Assembly (NCBI GenBank): GCA_016748015.1
Contig: JAAOMT010000127.1
Location: forward strand, 33,312-97,311
DNA from: Geosiphon pyriformis uo1
Lineage: Eukaryota > Fungi > Glomeromycota
Length of the DNA stretch: 64,000 nucleotides
Direction: 5' to 3'
The notes under the pieces were generated by a model, which was given only the letters and a program-made list of their open reading frames with translations, searched no databases and was not told the origin of the DNA. The position numbers and the translations under genes were made by a program. Shown piece by piece: positions 23,347-37,454 of this stretch (the first letter of the stretch is position 1; the number at the start of each line of letters is the position of its first letter).

Positions 23347-23775
23347 ATGCCCTCCTTTAAAAAATTTTTTGCTAGTTTCTTTACAATTCTTCTCGCTATC
23401 CAAATCCAATCAGCTCCAATTATTAATAATTCAAACTCGCATTTGAGCTTTTATAAAAGGGAACCCTCTGATGGAATTATCAATAAAGCCCCGATTGCTA
23501 CTGCTTTGCCTGCCACGGCAGCTGCGAAGATTGGAACCATAGCTCCAGTTGGTTTAGGTGTGCTCAATCCCATTACCCCGATCAAAAATATTGTAAGCCC
23601 GCTTGCCGTTTCACCAATTGGATATGATGGAATTATTGGAGCCCCTCTTCAAAGTAATCTGTATGCTCCAATTGATGGTTATCTCGGCCGTGGTGTTGGA
23701 TATGGTAATCTCGGCTACGGCACTGGCTATATGGGAGGACTATCCTCATTCCGGGGTTATGGTGGGCTTTGCTAA
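23347..23775 (+). CDS. Small secreted Pro/Gly/Tyr-rich protein (copy 2, identical protein)
   Basis: Translation identical to 10106..10534. Confidence 0.85.
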   Translation: MPSFKKFFASFFTILLAIQIQSAPIINNSNSHLSFYKREPSDGIINKAPIATALPATAAAKIGTIAPVGLGVLNPITPIKNIVSPLAVSPIGYDGIIGAPLQSNLYAPIDGYLGRGVGYGNLGYGTGYMGGLSSFRGYGGLC

Positions 23776-24785
23776 AGGCTCGCATAGATAAAAAGAAATT
23801 TAGATGTTTTATTACTATGCTCTTTTAGATTAAAACAATAATTTGAAGTTTTTTTAATAAAAACCAATTGGAAATAAATTTTAATCTAAACTTTCATTGA
23901 AAGTCAATAAATACTAAATTACTTTCTTATATAACCTTTTTTCTGTTACCTATCATCACTAGAACGATGAGCTTTATCTATATCGCGAGCAGATCTAAAA
24001 GAAATTTTAAATTTCATTATTTCATTATTTCGAAATACCACCTTCGAATTTATTTTAAGACCTTAATATGATAAGGTTCTTAACGATGGGAAGGCGTTAA
24101 AATGGATTATATCATATTTAGTACAAAACCTTGATAATCTTAATTATCCTCCTTATAAGCTATAATTAATATTTGATAGATAGCTTTGCAAGGTTAAAAT
24201 CCCTAAGGAGTAAATACGATTTAGAAAATAAATAGATAAATAAAATAATTACATTAAAAAAACCAACTATAAGATATCTTGATTTACTAATATGTTGCAA
24301 GCTTTCAAATTTATAATGAGTTTGAATACTAATTTTTGCTGCTTAAATACATATATTTCTTAAGTAACTATTATATACTTTTTTTTAATTCTTCCTTGTG
24401 TTAGATTTAATTTTAAAAGTTTGATCTTAAAAAAATATAAATTAATCCAAATATAAATTTTTTATTTTTTAAATTAATAAAGCAATTATATAGACAATAT
24501 TTTAAAAGCAGATTAAACATATTAATATATTTTTGGTATTTATTAATGATTTAAGACTTTTAAAAAGCTTTATTTTGTTTTTTTAATAGTATAATATAAT
24601 ACACAAATATTAAATTACTTATAATATAACTAAATTATAACAAAAGAATCTTAACAATATTTTTAAATTGACAAAGACTTACTGTTTTTAAAATATTATC
24701 AAGCTTAATTTTATAAAATTTTTAAATAATTTATAGATTATGTAATTACAATTAAGATAATTTAAAAATAATAACACAATATAAA

Positions 24786-27700
24786 CTTTTTTTTTTTTTT
24801 TTATTAAGCTTTTAATAAGTGTAGCCCAACTACTACCTAAACTATAGCAATATACAAAATTCTATATTAAGTGTGGCTCATGCACTTCCTACACATAACT
24901 AGCTACTCAGACCAATTAAGACAACACTAAATACTTAAACCACCAATTATTAGAAAGTCATTTAAAAAACTGAAATGTGCACTGAGCAGATGAGGATGTA
25001 AATTATAACATACATGAATACCTAGTCTGATACCAAAATCAAAGATCGCACTGAGAGACCACAAAGAAGCCAGACCAGATACCACTAGTATTACAGATTC
25101 ATCACATGACAAAAAACTACACTTCTTATAAAGTACTCTTAACTTGGTGGTTAGCAGCTACATAGCAGATCTATGACTTTTAGCAAAGCTTCAGACTAAA
25201 CCAATGACTAAAGACTTACTGTCAGAGCCACCATCCAGCAGATAAACTGTATCAGCCACCCAATTTCTCAAAACAAAGCCCTTGGCTAAAAACATATATA
25301 AACAATTTAATGACTCAGTGTCTTATAGAGAGCAAATTACCACACTGTCAGCAGCAAGACCACTAAACATATTAATCTAACAATCAATAGTCTTTGAAAT
25401 TAACTCTTTTCTAGCACCAGCATCATAAATGCAAAAGAACATGTGATTAGAATCCTCAACCAACCCACATCAAATACATAGCATGCTCAGATAACCCAGA
25501 TCATAAAGCCTTTTCCTCTTGGCTATAGAAAGACAGTTGTGAACAGCTTTTATAAAGTAGGATCAAAGACATACAAAAGAATAGCTGGTGAAGCCTAATT
25601 GAAACTAATTGTCAAAATACTATACACTAAACATATATTGTATATTAATCTCATTGTACAGCATTTTTTCTACAGCATAGGTTGCACATTTGGCTTCTCA
25701 ACTGACAAAGCTCACAGTATTAAAAAGATGCCTAACAAAATGGTGGGCATTTCCAAAGACAGATTTTTCTTTAATAGACAAAAAATGGCAGAATGTTCTA
25801 ACAGATAGCATAGTGTCAGAGCTAGTAGCAGTATTGGCCAATAAATCAGCGTGTTTATTGCCATAAATCTCAGAGTGGCTCTTGACTTTATTCCAGACTA
25901 CTGACAAGTTTTTCAATATAATGGTCTGCCAGATCCACTCCCTTTTAATTCAACATTTATTACGAAAATCAGAACCAGTAAAATTTTTATAAGAGGTACA
26001 AGCATCCAAGAATGCCTAACTGTTTGTGAAAAAAGTAACCAAACTGGAAACAGGAACACACTCCAAAGCAAGAGTGATGGCATGTAATTCAGTCAGAGTT
26101 GACAAAAGCAAGCCACTTACTCCAACTTTCACACCAACATTAATATTGGGAAAATAAGCAGCAACACTACTATGAGCACTTATAGAACCCAAACTTTTAA
26201 CTGAGCCATCAGTATAAACCACTACACCATCTGAAGTGTTTTCAAGAAGACATTCACTGATAGAACTTAGACTAACTAGACAATCACCAGGAATTGGATT
26301 AAAAGCTAGGACATGACTACTGACCAAACCACCATTTCCAATGAATTTTGTTAACATACTAAACCAACTAAAAGCCAGACCTCTTGAATTTAGTCTTTTT
26401 TATCTGTGAAAATTACTTCATGTAAAACATGTACTGTAATGGTCCAAAAGTTGGTTTGCAAAAATAATGCCAAATTTCTTCAGCAAACCAATCATACTTA
26501 TATACTAATCCAAACCCAAAACATCAACAACAGTTATGCCACTACCAGTCTAGAAAACATTTGGCAAAACATTGCCCAAGAAGAGTCTGCATGACACTAG
26601 AGTGTTGGTTACATTAGCTAAAAAGAAATTCATAGGATCCAATAACAACATGACCAGAAAACTAAAGAATTGCCAGGACATTCAACTAATGGCCTGTAGA
26701 TTCATTGTTCTGTGTTCGAATAATCTGCTGAGAATGCTTTTCAAATTGGCAAACAGTACCAAATTAGCCAAAGAGTTTTCAGCTTACAGCTGTCTAAAAG
26801 TCTTGAGACCATATAATTCAGAATGTGAAATGGCTTCATTGGGGAAATCCATGAGCAAGTTGGCTTTAAGTTTCAGATTCTTTTTTAGCAGACTATTTTA
26901 TTTCTCACAAACATTCATAAAAGCATGACTAAACTACAATCTATATTTAATGATAAGTTGTAAAACAGCAGACACCAAATAGAGAAACTGTTTATCAGAA
27001 ACTGCTTTCCTCAAGACCAAGTTAACAAAAAATTTCACATTTAACTGGGCTTTGGCAAGGCTGGGCTTTGAAAGACCATCAGTAGATAAAAAAATTCCTA
27101 AGTATCTATGAGCCTTGCCTCTTTTAGCAATTGAAATATCTGAACCACTAATTTTTAAATAAAAAACTTCAACTCTGCGATTAATAGGTATAGCTACTGT
27201 CTTCTTAGTGTTAATTGAAATGTCATTAAGATGGAAAAATTTACTAGCTATATTCAAGATATGCTGGGTAACAGCCATGTTATTTCCAACCCAAATAATA
27301 TCATCCACAAATGCCTTTGCAGCCAAATATAATATCAAACCATCCTTGTAATCCCATTTGCAAGTTCATGTAAAAAATTTTGAGTCTAGCTGGTATTTAT
27401 ACAAACTTTTATGTCTCTTAACCTTATATAGCAAAGGATTATAAAAAATTCTCCATAACAAAGGTGAGAATATCTTATTCTGATCCAGGCCATTATGAAC
27501 AATGTATCCATTAGTGAGTCCAAAATCTGTTATTATTTGATTAACATGGTTATTATATATGCTCCCAAAAAACTCAATAAAATGGGGACACATTTTAATT
27601 TTGACTAAGCTGTCTCTTAAATGAGACCACCCAACTGAATTATAAGCTTTACACATATCCTGAAGAACAAACCACAGCTCATAATCCTTCTCTAGAGCAT

Positions 27701-30700
27701 TTTCAATAATAAAATCTACAGCAAAAATTGGGGTTTGAGTGAAAGTGCTCTTCAAAACTAAAAAATTATCTCCATGTAACACATTATAATTGCTACAAGC
27801 CAAGGAAATCTTATCAGACAGAATTTTGGATAAAATTTTCTGAGCTGTTTCAATTAATGTTATTGGTCTTATATTAGTGAGAGCTCCCTCCCAATCATAA
27901 GGCTTTGGTATTATAAAAATTCAGGCCTTTTTCCATTGCTTAGAAACTGTACCAGATCTTAAACACTCATTCAAAATATTCAGCAAGCCACTGAGAATCT
28001 GCTGGTCATCATGTTTCCAAAGCTCATTAGGAATACCAGAAAAACCAGTAGTCTTCCCATCAGGCAGAGACTTAACTACCTACAAAAACTTATCAAATCC
28101 AATATCACACATAATGCCTGAAAAGACCACATCATCAACATAATTAAAAGGAGCATATTGGTTGAGCCAGCGAACAGGAGTAGAACTAGGCACCAAATGC
28201 TTTCTTATCCATTTTTTTATGATATTATTGATCATTAATTTGACTATCTGAGATTCCAAAACAAGCTTGTCATCTACCACCAAATGATCAAGTATCACTT
28301 TTCAAACAGGACGATTTAGGACACTTCTAATTATTCTACCCTTATCAAAACAAAATTTTTCCATATGTTTGTTAATAGCTTTCCTGATGGAATTATCTCT
28401 GGCAGCCTTGAATTTATAGTATTTGGACTTGTAATAACTTTTCTTGACACATAACAGATGATGTAAGACAACACCAGAACAAATACCACTTTCAATCATG
28501 CCACAAACTTTGACAGCTTCTCCTTCATCAATGGCAGCCCATGTGTTAATAAAATGTGCAATCCTCAAAACTTGATTAGAGCTCATGTTTTTCACTAGCT
28601 TTGCCACCAACAATTCAAGTCCAACAAACTTTGACAACTGTTTATCCACTGAGACATTGGACCCAGAAAACCACAACCTAGAAAACACCTCATCAGCAGA
28701 AACTACCACCATCTCCTTCAGAATCTCTCATATTGAGTCCAAATTTCCATGATACTTAGCACTATTGAAAACTCCCAACTTCTCCAAAAATATGTTCAAA
28801 GAACAGCTTCTAAATTGCAACCAACTCTCATTACTAGCATCCTTGATTTGGAATTTCCATCTATTTCTGTTTGTCTGTTTATATATACTGTTAAGATATA
28901 CATCCAGGAAACCACCCAAACTAACCACTATTAATACTGCTTTGTGATTAGTATCAAAAAATTTAGAAACTGGCTCCACTTTATGGCCAACAATAGCAGA
29001 TACCAGACTGTGAGTAACAAAAATAAAATTAATGACTTTTTCTATGCCTTTAGAATTGCTCTAAATACATGACTTACCTAATGAATATTCATGAAAAGAG
29101 TTGACTAACCCCAGATCCATGCAAAACTTGAAACTTGCACTCTTTTTAGTATCATCTTAATTGAAATATCCCACTACTGCAAAAGTACTGGAATTGACAG
29201 CTTTGGCAATAAAAAAATTAATTTTAGATGTTTGACCATATTTTGCCTCAGCAGACATACCAGCATATAATCCTAAAATTGTAACAGATAACTTCTTCTT
29301 AAACAAAAACCTAATAGAAATAATTCATTCAGAAACTTTTTCAATTTTAAAAACATAATAGACCAAAGAATTGTTCATAATAATGGCCACTCTGGCACCA
29401 AGAAAACCCTTGTCCAAACCAGAAGAAAAAATTCACACCCCTTCAAATTTGTTTATAATTCAAAGTCTAATGCTAGGCTTTAACTTCATCTCTGTGACAA
29501 TTGAAATCATGTTACCCAAATCTATGTGTTAATGCACAATGTCATTTTGCTTAGCTGGAACATTAATGCCATAAATATTGTATGTAACAATTTTTCAAAC
29601 CAGATTATTCATTGGGACAAAGAAAACATCAAAAAACTTAAGCCAGCATATAACTGATCTAACTTCACCAGAACTGAGTTTACAGAGGCCTCAAAAGCCA
29701 CAAATTTTAACTTTAAACTGTTCACCTTGGCTGTCAAAATTTTTGAACTACTAATACCCAAAGCTAAAACATCATAAACAGCATGAAAGAGAGATGAAAA
29801 GACTAATTCAGAACCATCCAAAACCATGTCTTGGCCCAAATTCAAACTGACAGTTATTGAAATAGCTGAAATGCTAGAATGAGAAAGAGAAGCCAGGGGC
29901 ACTAATTTCATGCCACTCAATTTTCACACAATGCCAGAAATCTGATCCACTAAAAGCTCCAGAGAATATTCCAAAAAAACCAACTGAGCATTCAAAGCTA
30001 AATTATTAGCTGAGACAAGAGAGGAATCACCACCCAAACCAGAGATGTCAGTAAGAGGGAGAACCAAAACCAGAACCAGAACTAAAAGAAGAGCTACCTA
30101 AGACTAACTTAAGTAAAACTATCTGAGCTCAAAACTTGCCACCAAAAGCAGCAGGACGAGAAATTAGAACACACTTTTTAGCATACAATCTAGCAAGCTG
30201 AAGACAGATTTCTTCCAAGACAACTTTTTTATAAGATCTTTGGAGGGATGAGACTAACATATTTAAGGAATCACACTTAAGAGCAGAATGCCCAAAACAG
30301 CCACACCTCTTATAATGAACCAAATCTATCCTAGTCCATAAAAGTCTAATACCACCAAAAATTGGCTTCATGTGAAATGCAGATTCCAGGTCTTTATCTG
30401 AATTAAAACCAATCACAGTGCAGCAAATCTGATTGCCAGTAACAAGAGAGCAATTAATAACACATGTTTTCTCATCAGCTTTTTTTAACAAAGTCCCTAA
30501 ATTATAAGATGTTGTTCTCACAGGCAGAGTAAACAAAAGTGCTCTAAATTGATCCCTAAAAGTTCAAATCCCACAATCTCTTACAGCCTTGGCTATACAC
30601 ACAGTATTTTTCCCAATTAGAAATGATTATTTAGCCACCAATTAATTAGCCTGGCTTGATTTAGCAAATTCTATTATAGCTTTTTGTCATGATCTGATAA

Positions 30701-31609
30701 GCTGCAATCGAATTGATATTACTTGGCCAAATTCAAAGAGAGCTGTGATAATTATTTATCTTGGTGTATCTGTGGAAATTTTTTTTATAACCACAGTTTG
30801 ATCTGAATGGATCTCTTGTTTTTTGAGATTGATGTTAATGATAATCTCATTTTCTCTGGCCAATGAAGTGGCTTTTTTCATGCTCATTTTTGAAATAAAC
30901 ATCAATCAGATGATTTTTTGGAATTTTGAAGGAGTAGTGACTCTTCAAAACCATTGATCATTAAAAATAATTTTCTAATCACTTGAGTCTTTGCTGTTGT
31001 CAATTTGTCTTTCACAGCCAAAATATTGATGTTTAAAGCAAATGACTTTTTAACAGCAACTTCTATCTAAGTCTTAATAATTTTAGAGTCAATTCATTTT
31101 TTATCTTAGGAGATTGGAAGACAAAAAGAAAAAAAGACTTCTTCATCATTATCTATAACAAAATTAGGAGATCCAAGAGAAGAACCAAAAACAGCACCAA
31201 TATTAATGCACTTTGTCTTGAGAGTGTTAACAGCCAAATCCAGAAGAGACCCAACATTAATGCCAGTTATGTTAGCACCTTCTTCATTATCAGACAAACT
31301 ATCTATATCAGAAAAAATATTGTCACTAGGCCCAGACTTATTCAAAGAGATATCTTTTTCATTACTTGAGTGTTTAATATTCCCAAGCACAATTTTTTTC
31401 TTCTGTGAAAAGAAGCCACCTACAGGACCATGAAAAGCACTTTTAGAAGCTTTTTTTTTAGATATTTTACCACTAAAAACAGCTTTCAAGTTCACAAAAA
31501 AAGGTTATTAAAAAGAGAAATTGTGAGATAGATTAACAAGAAACTTAAAAAAACCTCTTTTTTTAGAAAAGTGCTCTTTAAGAATTTGTAGATGTAAGAG
31601 AGAAAGAAG
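24786..31609 (-). mobile_element. Full-length LINE copy 2 (divergent subfamily), heavily degenerate
   Basis: Same domain order in fragments: ORF1 31495..29609; APE, RT (QDMCKAYNSV, FVDDI), RNase H (YTDGS); poly(A) T-run 24786-24802; 5' end CTTCTTTCTC shared with other copies. Confidence 0.9.
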
Positions 31610-33420
31610 TTTTTATTTTTATTATATTTTTAAACTTTTAATAATATTAAAAAAAAATTTTACAATTATTAATTAAAAAAATAATTATTGAATTTTATAA
31701 ATGTGTTATTAATAATTTTTAATAATTTAAAATACTATTTTTTTTGTTTTAAAAATTTATTTATAAAATTTATAATACTTAAATTATTAAATTTTTTTTT
31801 AATATATAAAATCTTATTACTATTTAATAAATATAATTATTATATGTTCTAAATTAAATATAATTTACATATTTTTTATATATAACTAGATTATGTTAAA
31901 ACTATAAATGCAAACCTACTTAAAAAAGCTATTTTTTAAACTATTTTAATTATTTTAATATTATTAAAAATTAAATCAGTTAATTATTTAGTTGTTTTTA
32001 TAAGATTTAATTTAATATAAGAAGTTTTAAACTTCTAAAATATTATTAATTTGTTAAAAATCTCTTTATGTTTAAAACAATTTAAATTTTTAGTTATGTT
32101 AACATTAATATTAAAATTAAATATAATTAACTTATTATTTACATTATATTTTATTTTTAAATTCACAATTTTTTATTTAAATTACCAATTATTTTTTTAA
32201 AAATACCAATAAATTTTTCAATTTTAAGAATTTTGTTATTAAATTTACTTTGTATAATAATATTAATTTCAAAATAAACAGAATTTTAATATTTAGTTTA
32301 ATTTAGTTCGAATTTAATTAAATTATTAAATTAAATTAAATTTGAACAGAGATTTCAGCTAAATTTTGAACTTAAATTTGAAGTGAATTTAAAATTATTA
32401 AATTTGAATTAAACTTAAATTCAAACAACAAGTTTGATTCAAAGTTCATAAACATGTTTAAATTTAACTATTAAAAATTATATTATATTATTAACTAATT
32501 TTTTTTAATAGTTTTTGCATTTATAATTAAAAACACTATGCTGCTTTTATAATTTTAAGCACTAAACAAAATTTTATATCTGCAATTATATTTTTACTTG
32601 CAGAAAAAGTATGTTTAAAAACAACAAATAATTTTTAAATTACCAAATAATTACAAACTATATGTACAAAATAAGAAAATTCTGTCTAATATGCTTAAAT
32701 ATTGAATTTTTAATAAAAATAATAATTAAAATAAATGTTTTTTGTAATATATTTTTTACTATATCATTACATTTATTTTTTATTGGTTAATTTTTCAGAT
32801 ATATAATAATTAATATTATTAAAGTCTATTTCCAATATAAATTATATAATTAATGCTATAATATTATTAAAATTATCATTTAACAAAAAACTATTATTAA
32901 ATATAAGTTTAATAACTAGTATATATTCTGTTTTAAAAAAAATATGTATTTTTAAAGTTTATTTATTATATAAAAATTAAAAAATAAAACTATTTAAATA
33001 AATAAATAACTTATAATTTTTTTATTTTATTAATATTATTATTCAAATTTTTTTTTTATAAAATAATGAAATTTTTTTCTTAAATTCAATACAATACAAA
33101 GCATTATAATTGTATTTGTTTTAAAATAATATTTAATTAACTTTTTTTTACTGTTTTAGTTATTATAATAAGTAATAGATTTAATATTAAATATATTAAA
33201 ATAAATAAATAAATTCAATTAAAATTATGATGTTTTATTAGATTTATTATTATTAACTATGTTTTTAATATAATTAAAAATAATATTAAAGAAAAAATAA
33301 TTAAAAAAACAGTATTATTTAAATTAGCTAATATTTTAATCATAATATTCTTAGAAAATTTAGAAAATTTAACAATTCTATCAAAAACAATTCAATAATT
33401 GTATGAGAATAAAAAAAAAA

Positions 33421-36313
33421 CTTTTTCTCATCAATCCCCTGGCCACTACAAGAGCAAAAGATTTTTTTGGAGAAATCACTTTACTTTATTCTTTTCTTCT
33501 TTGTTTGTTCAAGTTATTTCTTCTATTATACACTTTTTCATTGCGATGGAACTAGTAAGCTTGTCTGCTGGAGAATCTGGTTCAGTTTTGGCTGGTTTGG
33601 GGACCTGCTTAAATGCTAAAAAGAATTGTTTGGATACAGTCTATTCCTATAGTGCATCCTACAAGAAAATAAAGAAGCATATGGCCAGCATTATGGTTGA
33701 TTTGTCTACAGGCCCTTTGAGTTTGGAAGATATTGGTAATGCTGGCATCAAGCCTGTGGTGTTCTGGGGCAGCAAAGTTGGCAGCATTGCCAGCAGCATA
33801 AACAATCTGTTGGATGTTGAGAATATGGCAAATATGGTGGCCAAAGAGACCAACTATGTGAAATCTGATAAGGATGATAATATGGATGACGGTATAAATG
33901 AAACTACACCAAGGAAAACCCGCACTTGAACATACATGCTAGGAAACCTGCCAAAGCAATTTTTTTTCAACTATATGAGCAACGACGATAATAAGCTGGT
34001 ACTTCCTCCTAGTATGATTTTGAGATCCAATAAGCTGCTGCCAATTGAATCATGTGCCATGGATAAATGGAGCTTCAATTTATCAAAGTTCTTTGCACTT
34101 GACATTAAACTTTTAGCTGTGTCTGGTAAGACTGTTGGTGATAAGTTAATCTGTGTGAAAAAAATTTTTTATCAAGTAGATGGTTTTGGGGAAGCTTCCA
34201 CTCCCTTAAAATTCTCAGAGATCATCTAATCTTTATTTATCTCTGAATCTAGCTTGAATAAGACAAAAAAATTGGCAATCTGTAAGAAAATTGTGGTGAA
34301 TGATAATCTCAAAAAGATTAGCAATCATTCAGATAAAGAAATTATTGTTAAGAAGATTCCAGTCAATTTTCCCAGATCAGCTATAGAATCCATTTTTCCA
34401 AGTTTGGAAAGATTGTATCAATCAAGATGCAGTTGATTGGTCTGTGGCAGAAGGCATTAGTGGAGTTCGAATCATTTGAAATAGCTGATTTGGTCACAGC
34501 TAAATGGTCAGTTTACATGGGAAAGAATTCTATTTGTGTGGTGAAAGTTGTTGATAATAAACATTCATGAGTTTCTAGAAATCTCCATCAGGCATTGCTG
34601 TACACTCTTTCAGTTGGTATAACAGCTCATAATCTTTTGGATTTGTTGGAATCATATGGTGGAAAAACTTGTTTCATTGACTGTAATCTTATTTTATATG
34701 CACGTGATAGATGTGCAATTGTGTGTTTTGTTGATGAAGCATCCAAATTGGCTGCTATTGGTTCCACTCCAGTGTTTAAGAATGTGAATTTGCACTGGGC
34801 TGGTTTTTTTTTGGTCTGTTGTGCTCATTGTAAACAGTTTGGTTATATCTCTACAAAGTGTTCATTGGGTGAGAATTCTGGTACTCGCAGCAAGCGGGTG
34901 GTAACTTCTTAGGATTAAGTCCATTTGGCAAACATATATAAGAAGAAAAAGCAAGCACCAATTGTTCGCCCAGTTTTTTTTGGTGAGAAAACTTGGGCCC
35001 AGGTCACTGGTGGCTCATTTTTTCATGAGGTTTCATCAAATTTTTTTGGTGTTGGCTCATCTTTAGGTGCAAAACCTGTTCTATTGGTTTCTGATTCCCA
35101 TGGTAATTTCTGTTTGGCTGAGTGATTGGCTTCTCTGGCTTTGAAGCTTTTAGCAGACCAAGTTTCGGATATTTTGAAAAAATTGAGTTTTATAGAATTG
35201 GTGCCTCTGGCATCCAGTCCCCATGTATCTCATCTAGTTGTTATTGCACCTATTACTGCTAATATGAATTTGGATATGATTCTTGATGATACAATAATGT
35301 CATCTCTTCCTTCTCTTTCAGCTGTTGCTGATTCAGTTGTTAATCTAAGCTCAAGTAGTTCTAAAGTTTTGACCACCAAGGTGGGTGGATTAGAATCTAA
35401 AATGATGGCTTTGGAGGTATCGGTGGAATCTGTTTTGGAGAGGTTGGATCGTTTGTGCTCAGGTTTGGGTTTATTGGCTTTATTTTCTTCTTAATAAATG
35501 ATCTCATCTGGAAAATTGTGACATATAATATAAGAGGCTTAAATAATCCAGCCAAACAGACTGATGTTATTTGATGGCACAAAGATATGAACAATCTGGT
35601 TTCAATTTTCATTGAGACAAAACTTAAGGGTAAGATTTGCCCATGGATAGTCAACAAATTTGATGGGATTTGGGTGTTCACATCTGGCCTGAATTCTGGT
35701 CACATGGGTTCTAAGATTGCTATTGCTATGAACAATTCTTTAGCAAAGCATGTTTACAAAGTTTCTAAGGTGTCTGGTTAGCTTCTATCTATTAAGCTGT
35801 TGTTTAAAAATAAACTTTCCATGTCAATTTTGAGTCTTTATGCTGGTGCCTCTGCATTGGTTTGGTTCTCTCAAGCTGGTAAAATCAACTCTCTCATTGT
35901 AAAAACTGTTAATGAGTTTTCTTTTATTGTTTTCGGCAGTGACTTTAATAAGAATGGGTCTCAAAAGTGTGCTAGTTTTAAAAAATGCTTTAATTTGGGC
36001 TTAATGAATTCTTTAAATGGGAGCCTTACTGCAAAGGCACCTATTTGGTGCAATTCTCGTGGTGTTTCAAAAACAATTGATTATGTGTTTGTCTCCTCAA
36101 ATCTGGTTAATGCTATTGTGAACTGTAGTGTGGCTGATGTTGTGAACTATTTCAATACTGATCACATGGCTGTTTCTGTCTCTGTGGGTTTGGATGGTTT
36201 GCTTGATGTTTGACTGAACTTGTTGTGCAAACAAGCAAATAAGGACCATTGGAAATTTGATGTCAAAAATACAAATGATGTCAAAAGGTGTAAGTTTAAT
36301 GCATCTACAACAG
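33421..36313 (+). mobile_element. LINE copy 3, 5' part (ORF1 + APE), split by element B
   Basis: ORF1 fragments including CAHCKQFGYISTKC; APE motifs (ETKL, SDFN, IDYVF, TDH); coding sequence resumes at 51222. Confidence 0.9.
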
Positions 36314-37321
36314 TGTTATCTGAGTAGAAAAACCAATTCAAAGTTATGAAAAAACATAACCAAAATGTAACATAACACAGAATAGCACACAATAATATTG
36401 AATAACATGTTATAACTTAGAATAACACAGAAAAATGCATTATAATATAGGATAACACAGAATAATATGTAATAACACCAAATAACATGTTATAACATAA
36501 GATAACTAGTAATAACATAGAAAAACAAAACAATTACAAAAATAGCAAAGTAATAGTTAACAATAACAGAACAATCAGAAGCAATCCTGTAGAACAAAAA
36601 AAATGTATAAAATAAGTAGCTGTAAAAGTTAGAAAGACATTTAAAAAAAAAATTAGACTTTCAGAAGTCAATTAAACTCTCAGAGTCAATTAGATTTGCA
36701 GGTCATAATTATTAAATACTCTTTCTTTCAAAGATAGTTGCTATTAACTGAAATGGAATTATATTAATAAAATATCTCTTTAATTCTTCAAATCCATGTT
36801 ATTATCTATTACTTAATCTGCTGGCACAATAGTTCTTGATCATGGCTATTGACAGAACACTTATTTCTTATTTTTATTTTCTTTATTTTATTTTATTTTC
36901 TTTTATTTTATTTTATTTTTTTTCTTTTTTTCTCTTGTAGAACGGCAACATAAGAAAATCAACTGTCTGGGAATAGACTTCATAATAGTCTGGTAAAAGA
37001 AGGAGCCTCCCTCTAGGTTTTAGATATTAACATTATCTTGATAGCTTACCAGAAGGGCAAAAAGACAATGCCAGACCCTAATGACTGTGCTCATTAGCTT
37101 GGAGAAGAAAGCTCACATTTACAGAAAATATTGCAATCAACAAAAAACAAACTCTGTGCCTTATAACCAAAAAACTTAATGAGTAAAATCACATCCAGGA
37201 ATAGACCTTCAGAGACTGATAATCAAGACTAAGCTAACAGAATTACGCAGAAGAGGCATTATCAATAATTGAGAACACCAAATATTACCATTTTCTATAC
37301 CTACTAAGTTTACCCATAACA
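36314..37321 (+). repeat. 5' LTR of element B
   Basis: TGTTA...TAACA; matches 50203..51221; ATAACA-type short repeats in the first ~250 bp. Confidence 0.9.
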
Positions 37322-37340
37322 TTTGGTGCTCCCTGTAAGG
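37322..37340 (+). other. Primer-binding site of element B
   Basis: TT-TGGTGCTCCCTGTAAGG directly after the LTR; nearly identical to the PBS of C; resembles the complement of a tRNA-Ile(UAU) 3' end (inference). Confidence 0.7.
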
Positions 37341-37454
37341 TTATAAAATCCACAGAGACAGAGCACTCCAGAAATTCACAAAAGTGAAAAACCAAGAAAA
37401 AACAACAGAAAAATCATTTAAGATTTGTGAAATTCTTATTTTAGCATTTCCTTT

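Larger units (their letters stand above)
21459..24426 (-). repeat. Right arm of 2,968-bp inverted duplication
   Basis: Reverse complement of 9455..12422. Confidence 0.95.

Noticed and set aside
9455-24426. Composite DNA transposon with the arms as giant TIRs
   Set aside because: No transposase in the spacer (only a LINE and AT-rich DNA) and no TSD outside the arms. The outer edge falling on GATC may be chance.
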